A stretch of DNA of 64,000 nt from Octopus vulgaris (taxonomy: Eukaryota): NCBI GenBank assembly GCA_951406725.2, contig OX597838.1, positions 33,108,001 to 33,172,000 on the forward strand. Reading direction: 5' to 3'. Positions 56,320 through 64,000 of the stretch are shown one piece after another. Numbering within the stretch: the stretch's first letter is position 1; the number at the start of each line of letters is the position of its first letter. A program made the position numbers and the translations under genes. The notes below the pieces were generated by a model. The model was not told where the DNA came from and made no database searches. It saw only the letters and a list, made by a program, of their open reading frames with translations.

Positions 56320-56616
56320 TTATTCAACAGGCTTATTCAATAGGCTTATTGAATAGCCTGTCGAATAGCCTGTTGAATAGCCGTTGAATAAGCCTGTTGA
56401 ATAGCCTGTTGAATAAACCCGTTGAATAGCCTGTTGAATAAGCCTGTTTAATAGCCTGTTGAATAGGCTATTAAACAGGCTTATTCAACAGGCTATTCAA
56501 CGGTTATTCAACAGGCTGTTCAACAGGCTATTCAATAGCTGTTCAACAGACTATTCAACAGGCTATTCAACATGCTATTCAACAGGCTATTCAACAAGCT
56601 ATACAATAGCTGTTCA
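56320..56616. repeat. Palindromic 12-13-bp minisatellite (AGCCTGTTGAAT / ATTCAACAGGCT)
   Basis: More than 20 units whose orientation switches near 56346 and at 56458-56464. Confidence 0.92.
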
Positions 56617-56934
56617 GACCTTCGGAAGCTATCGTCCTTAGTGGCATTCCTAATTTGTCGATTTTTGAGATTATCTCCCCTTCTCAATTGTCAACAGACG
56701 ATCGTTGTTGTACCTTCGCTAGAGGCACAGACAGTTTCGTTAAATCTATCTTCAATGATTCTATCGTGTATAGTCTATAATTTATCTTTATTCAGCTTTG
56801 TTATTGGAATACTTCTCCTATATCGTTTCTATTACATGCATTTGTTGTGTGTGTGTGTTGCAACCCAATATTTACATGCAATTATTTATTTATAGCGTTT
56901 AAGTGGTTCGAAAACAAATTCCCGCTCCCCAAAG

Positions 56935-57010
<76 letters not shown>

Positions 57011-57064
57011 ATGTATATATATATATAAGTATATATATATATATATACTCACATACATACACAC

Positions 57065-57129
<65 letters not shown>

Positions 57130-57883
57130 AACATATATATACACACACACATGTATGTGTGTGTACATATATAAATATAAGGTCCTAGTATGGTAGGAAA
57201 ATAGGGTATTTCCAATGTAAGACTCAGCTCAACTGGAGCCGAACTCTGGGCTACCAAACGCTGTCGGATTCCAGACTAATACCGAAAGTTTTCAGGCGTA
57301 GAAAATCCTGGTTTCACGACAGTTAAACGGTTGTGTGGGCTTAGCAGAGGGAAAAATATATAAGCTGAATAAGAATACAAAGAAAGACTGTTGCACATCT
57401 TTAATACAATTTTAAAGATGTGTTAAAGTCTTTCTTTGTCTTCTTCAGATTATATATATATATATATGGGTGCTGGGAAGTGCGACCCGTAAGTTCAGGC
57501 GTAGTCGTATGTATGACATTGCTATAGCGTGTGCGGTACAACGTAGGGAATCAAACTACGAGATAGACTGCTGTACGGTTTACGAGCCACGTAATCGTAT
57601 TAATAAAATGCTGAAAAAATATGTGGTATGTTATATAACTTACACGCGTTTCCGTAAATTAACTGTCAGGATTATATAATTACTTGTTGACACGTTATAT
57701 AATCGTCTTAGATTAACTCCTCAGTGTTTAGCGGAGAATGTTTTTGCGGGACAACGAAGAGGTATTTAATGCGATTATATAATGTTCATGCAAAGAATTA
57801 TGTAATCTTGGCAGTTAATTTGCCGAAACGCGTGTAAGTTTAATAAAGCATAAAATATCGTATATGTTCTCTGAATTTTATTA

Positions 57884-57947
<64 letters not shown>

Positions 57948-58359
57948 TGTCTGAATTATTTTTTTATAGTATCGCGTAGGATATTTCTGCTTATGGCATT
58001 TAAATGGTCAGAAAGTTACCATTGGTTTCGCATGTATTATTGCAGTTGGCAATATTGATGAGTCATCAGATATGCTGGTCGGATTCACATAATCTCTTTA
58101 ATGCTGGAGGTAAATAGGCAGCCCTAGTTTCGTAATAGGAAAAAGTAAAAGACACGAAATTTAAAAAAAATCTTTCAGAGAGAGAAACAGACAGTGGTGA
58201 TTGTGCACGCTTTTACTGCTCAAAAGTCTGAAAAAGGGAAGACCACGTTTCCACAATGAATTTTCTAACATGAGGGCAGCGATTAAGAATCTCGCATCGC
58301 ACTGCCCGGTCCGGCAATTCGAACCGTGATCTTGCGACCGTGAGTGCAACACCTTAATG

Positions 58360-58732
58360 CAGTGGTTTTCAACCAGGGTTCCGCCAGAACAGTGCAGGGG
58401 TTCCGCAAGACGTTACAAAACTGCTAAAATCGGCAGTGATTTTTAATTCTCCTGTGCAGATATGTGTGCATAATACTATTAAATTATTGCACAGGGGTTC
58501 CTCGTGTCAGTGGAATGTTTCCTTGGGGTTCCGCTCCTGCAACACCTTAATCCAGTGGTTTTCAACCAGGGTTCCGCAAGACGTTACAAAACTGCTAAAA
58601 TCGGCAGTAATTTTTAATTCTCCTGTGCAGATATGTGTGCATAAGACTATTAAATTATTGCACAGGGGTTCCTCGAGTCAGTGGAATGTTTCCTTGGGGT
58701 TCCGCTCCAGCAAAAAAGTTTGAAAAGCACTG
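58360..58732. mobile_element. hAT-type MITE with 8-bp TSD (CCTTAATG) and internal tandem duplication
   Basis: Ends CAGTGGTTTTCAA ... TTGAAAAGCACTG; CCTTAATG at 58352-58359 and 58733-58740. Confidence 0.88.
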
Positions 58733-59267
58733 CCTTAATGACTAGGTCACGCACCGAAAATAGCAATAAAACCATTAAAAATTAATCTTTTTTTTAAAAA
58801 AAAAAGCGTGAAATATGAAATGTGAAATATGAGGGAAAACAACGGGGAATCGAAATCCGATCGGAGAAATCTTACGACAGTCAGTCGTGTTCCATGCATC
58901 ATCTGAGCTAATTTTATTGCAATGACGAACCTGTATCGAAATTCACTCAACATGGCAGCTATTTTAGTTACCACAACACGTAACACACACACACAAACAC
59001 ACACGCGCACACACCTATATGGGACACGTACATAGGTGGGTCATAGCAGCAGCAGCAGCAGCAGCAGCAGTAGTTGCAATTATGGTTGTTGTTGTTGTTG
59101 TTCTGTGACTAATCTTTAATTGCAACTATTCTTTTACTAACTTACCGTGCATGTGTTAGTGTGTGCGCGCGCATGTATGTCTATACGTGTGTGTATATAA
59201 TATGTGCATGCATAAATATATATCTATGTATGTACCCCCATATATAAATATGTATATGTGCGTGCAC

Positions 59268-59335
<68 letters not shown>

Positions 59336-59378
59336 CATACACACACACATATACGTATATATATATATTACACTGATA

Positions 59379-59417
<39 letters not shown>

Positions 59418-59463
59418 TTACACATATACATATACACACGTATACACAGATATAAATATACAC

Positions 59464-59498
<35 letters not shown>

Positions 59499-59602
59499 TA
59501 CACATATACATATACACACGTATACACAGATATACATATACACACACACACACATATATATTTACATATATATACACACATATATATACATGGACACACA
59601 CA

Positions 59603-59633
<31 letters not shown>

Positions 59634-59693
59634 GTATACTCACGCAGGCACACATTCCTCTGCGTGTGTATTTCTGTGTGTGCGTACATGTGC

Positions 59694-59734
<41 letters not shown>

Positions 59735-61057
59735 TGTTTGTGTGTGTAGCGTAGTTTTCGATGCCTGCTGTTTTCACCCTCTCCCCCCTTCCTTCCGCTG
59801 CAGGTTGAGGGCCCGACGGAATAACACCTAAGACCCATGTTGAACATCATCACCGACAACTCTGCCACCACCACCACCATCTCCACCACCACCACCACCA
59901 CCACCACCACCACCACCACCACCATCTCCACCACCACCACCACCATCTCCACCACCGCCACCACCGCCAATGCCGCCAGCGTCTTCCTCGCCATTGCTTG
60001 TTTTTGTGGAAACATGCCGACCGGTGAAAGGAAAAGCTAAATGAAGCATCCCATCTCCTTTGCCATTACTAAGCAACTAAATATACTTATTTGTTATCAT
60101 GGTTCGTATTGTTCATCTTCAATCACTATCGGCAACCTCCTCCTTCTTCTGACCACCACCACTATCATCATCATCATCATCACTACTAGCCACATGTACA
60201 AACCACCACCACCGCCACCATTGCCACCACAACGAAAAACAAAACACAAGATGACGTCATCGTTCTATGGACACGATGACTCACTGCCAGAGAGAGATGA
60301 GAAAACACACTCACAAACGAAACAAAATAAAACAAAACGGGCAACAAAAAAAAGAATAATAATAATAAATAAATAAAAATCAATCAATAATTTTCCCACC
60401 AACTTACTGTAAATCTAGGTCGATACAACAACGAACTAAACTGACTTCTGATTGGATGAAACAAACTTTCTCATCGCTGACTCATCGCTACCATTTCTAG
60501 CGCTACAGGTCCCTTCTCTAGCAGGGTTATCTGATCAACACTTCTATTTATTTATTTATTTATTTATTCTTCCATTCATTCAATTGTTTGCTTTTCACAT
60601 ATTGTAGTGGGAGCTATAGAATATTTTGAATGTGTATACATACATGTATGCATACATACATAGATACATACATCCATACATACATATATGCAGGCATGCA
60701 TATATGCATATATTAATTTAAATGTCGGGGGCAGTAAAAATTGTGGGGGAGAAAGTATTTGTCTTTGTCCCAGTTCTGGATTTCACATTGTGTCAATGAT
60801 GCAACTTAACCAGGAACACCAAAAAGAGGTTGCACAATAAATTGAAAGCCCCCACCCCATAACGTTCGCACGCGCGCACATACCAATTGTAAATGTGGCA
60901 CAGGAAGACGACAAAAGACCGTTTCGAAAACAAGAAAAAGCCCCCACACACACACACACTCACACACACAAACAAAGGACGTGGGCACGTTAATCCCGTA
61001 CCAGTTGTCGACCCAAAACTGTCACAGTTTCGACCGTCTTAACGATAATATTGTTTA

Positions 61058-61441
61058 ACTAAGCAGTATCGCCCGGCGTTGCTCGGGTTTGTTTCAACCC
61101 TTTCGAATTGGAATTTTTGAAAAGTAAAAATTTTGCATGATGTAGCTCGTTATTCTCTTTAAGTGAACATTTTTCTGGTTGAAATACACCGAAAAATGGC
61201 AACACAGCAGTAAAAAAATCGTAAAAAATAGGGATTTTCATAGAAAAAAAAAGCACCTTTTTGAAGTTAATTAATTTTTGTTGTTAACATGGTCCGATTT
61301 CAATTTTATCTTCTACGGAATGAAGAGCAAGCCTTCTTCTATCATACTCTCAATTTTGGTCAACTTGCGCCGCAGGGTCTCGGAGGAGATAGTGTTAGTT
61401 GAAGGCTCACAGACAACTTCAGCTTTATAGATTTATATATT
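61058..61441 (+). mobile_element. Non-autonomous Helitron/Helentron-like (Lep1/DINE-1-like) element
   Basis: 5' ACTAAGCAGTATCGCCCGGCGTTGCTCGGG hairpin; 3' ggaggagat...acagaca...ctttatagatttata, as in that class. Confidence 0.55.
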
Positions 61442-61669
61442 TGGAAACGTTAACAGCGGGAAGTTGCTGGGGGAGGGCGTGAATCGGTGGATATGAAGAA
61501 CAAAATAAGACATGTACAAAAAGAAAAAATTTGATCAGAGACGGTGTCTCTAGACCGACCGGTGAAAAGGGCAAGTTCGCAAAAGAACTGGAAAATATAT
61601 AAAGCGAAAAAGCAATGACAATAACGGGAGCACAAACCTATAGTTAGTATGTATATATACATATTTTTA

Positions 61670-61983
61670 TTTATTTATGCGCCCTTTTCAAGCCTAGCCA
61701 GGCTCGTGGACCCGGTTTCCCAGTTTCTATGGCGTATGTGTTCCCCCCAGCTGGACGGGTCGCCAGTCCATCGCAGCCTTACTCAAGAAACAGGAAGAAA
61801 GAGTGAGAGAAAGCTGGGGCGAAAGAGTACAACAGGGGTTGCCACCACCTCCTGCCGGAGCCTCGTGGAGCTTTTTAGGTGTTTTCGCTCAATAAACACA
61901 CACATTGTCCGGTCTGGGAATCGAAAGCACGATCCTCCGACCGCGAGTCCGCTGTCCTAACCACTGGGCCATTGCGCCTCCAC
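61670..61983 (-). mobile_element. tRNA-derived SINE family C (OR1/OR2-like), V-domain-like tail
   Basis: Head GGAGGCGCAATGGCCCAGTGGTTAGG...TTCGATTCCC; tail has gcgatggactggcgacccgtccag (resembles the V-SINE domain). Confidence 0.75.
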
Positions 61984-62586
61984 ATATATATACATATACA
62001 CGTGAATATATTGAAAACCTTTCGGTTATAGGGCAGAATTAGGACAGAGCATGAACGAAACTAACGCTAATAGGAAAAGAATGTGGTCTTTGCGGCCCTG
62101 GAAAAAATATATTAAGAAAAAGAAGATAAACGTAGACAAGCGGTGGTGCCCCAGCATGGCCTCGGCCTTCGGGCTAAAACATTTTTAAGGATTTTTAAGG
62201 ATTTTAAGGAAGCCATGAGCTGAAGGTAAATTTGAAATGTTGGACAGGAGCTATGCATTAGGAGGGAGTTAATTTAATGTGTGACCTCATTTTAGAGTCC
62301 CTGGTTAGGGAAGTGCTAACTTCCCAGGGTGAATGTGTCAAAAATGATTAGAGTGAATGGTTCTTCTCTAAGTATGCGCCTGTAGATTAGAGATCATGAG
62401 ACAGGGTTCGTTCCTTTGGTGGTGAGGGTAATCCTGGGTCTGTGGGGGCTCCTTGATTGACCCTAGTTGCTGTTTCTTCTGTTTCAAGAGGACTGCTTCA
62501 TTCTTGTCATCACATATTTAATATACGATGATTAATTTTATTGTTATTGTGGTTAATAAAGAAACCGTTAGTATTACTCTTATTGA

Positions 62587-62820
62587 GGGCGGCGAGCTAG
62601 CAGAATCGTTAGCACGCCGGGCGAAATGCGTGGCCGTATTTCGTCTGCCGTTACGTTCTAAGTCCAAATTCCGCCGAGGTCGACTTTGCCTTTCATCCTT
62701 TCGGGGTCGATAAATTAAGTACCAGTTACGCACTGGTGTCGATGTAATCGACTTAATCCGTTTGTCTCTCCCTGTTTGTCCCCTCTGTGTTTAGCCCCTT
62801 GTGGGTAATAAAGAAATAGG
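62587..62820 (+). mobile_element. Full-length SINE family A copy (Tx1-like tail subtype)
   Basis: A-box-like TAGCAGAATCG, B-box-like GTCCAAATTCC, core as above; tail tttgtc..tcc.tgtttgtcccctctgtgtttagccccttgtgggtaataaagaaata. Confidence 0.88.
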
Positions 62821-63102
62821 TATCTCGTCTGCCGCTACGTTCTGAGTTCAAATTCCGCTGAGGTCGACTTTACTTTTTATCCTTTCTGGGTCGATTAAAT
62901 AAGTACCAGTTGCCACTAAGGGACATGCTCATCTGCTTAAGATCAAACAAATGACAATCAAATCTGTGGTATGGAACAGAATATTTGATGTAGAGCCTAT
63001 CTTTTATACCAAAATTAAACAATGTACATGATAACACTTCGAATCAATTAAGATCAAAAGCCATGATAGCCACTGCTTGGTATTGCATCAGGGCATTTGT
63101 TA

Positions 63103-63164
<62 letters not shown>

Positions 63165-64000
63165 GGGGGTCGATTTAATCGACTTTACATTCTTTCTTCC
63201 TTTCCAAATATCTGACCTCGTTGCCAACGCGAGAAATCAATTGATAGAGTAGTGTCTTATTGTCAGACATGTTATGAAACTGCAGCGGAAGTGACGTAAA
63301 AAAAAGTCTCAAGGAATAAATGTACAGATTGTTGTTCTTCACTGAAGGAAGGATTGTACTTTTAAAGCCACACACACACACACACACACATAGCTGTTTA
63401 AGTAATAAGGAATAAATAATCGCCGTTTTGTTCTGCAAATACTCTTCCAAAAACGCTTCTTTTAGACTAAACTAAACTAATTTAAACATATTCTTAAAGA
63501 GTTTATTATTTTCAGAATATATGTTATTTTATTTTGTTTATATTTTTTCTATATTGGCTTGCCATACATAGTATGGCACCCCGTTCTAGAGGAAGAACAA
63601 GGAGAGAAAAATTCGATATGTAAAGGATGGGCAGCAGATAGACTTTAAGAGTAAAATATTTAATATGTCCCGCGTGATAGGCACGCGGTTCTTAAATCAA
63701 GATCGTGTTTAGGTAATTCTATACAGGTTTCTGTGAAGAACGTTAATTTGACTGAGGACAAATTATTTATGCCTAAAAATAAACAGAATTCCGTCATGCT
63801 TGCATGGAACCAATCCTAGAAAAACTGTTAAAAGAGGCGAGTTTTGTTTAAATATGGTTACAGGAATCGAGTTCTACTTGAGTTAATTGAATGAAACGAA
63901 GCCGTTTTACTCCATTCCGTTGCAGAACGAACAAAGGAGGCTTCTATGTAATCGCACGACCCACTAGAAATAGCACCCAAATTACATTTTTATACATTCT

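Noticed and set aside
53170-56616. Repeat-spacer arrangements resembling CRISPR arrays
   Set aside because: Eukaryotic context, spacers are microsatellites or absent, and no cas genes.

Overview
Eukaryotic, AT-rich, microsatellite-saturated genomic DNA. The SINE set and repeat landscape resemble an octopus (coleoid cephalopod) assembly; this is inferred from family resemblance, not from a search. Almost all long ORFs in the track are microsatellite artefacts. The only convincing host coding sequence is two minus-strand, phase-1/phase-1 exons (27381-27656 and 23753-23911) that splice into one complete C-type lectin domain; its first and last exons were not located. The rest is mobile DNA: (1) a near full-length Tx1/L1-clade LINE inside a (TC)n tract; (2) a 5'-truncated R4/Dong LINE ending in (TAA)n; (3) a Penelope-like RT fragment; (4) a CR1-like 3' end; (5) mariner relics and pogo-, hAT- and Helitron-type non-autonomous elements; (6) dozens of copies of three tRNA-derived SINE families. 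Highlights: about 15 minimal type-I hammerhead-ribozyme motifs in Penelope-type repeats, several in fold-back pairs and with family-wide non-canonical cores (U3-A8, U4C, A6U); two SINE-LINE 3'-tail partnerships visible inside the window; a triplicated 45-nt AG..GT-bounded Cys/His-rich unit; and a palindromic 12-13-bp minisatellite. All alignments and foldings were done by eye.
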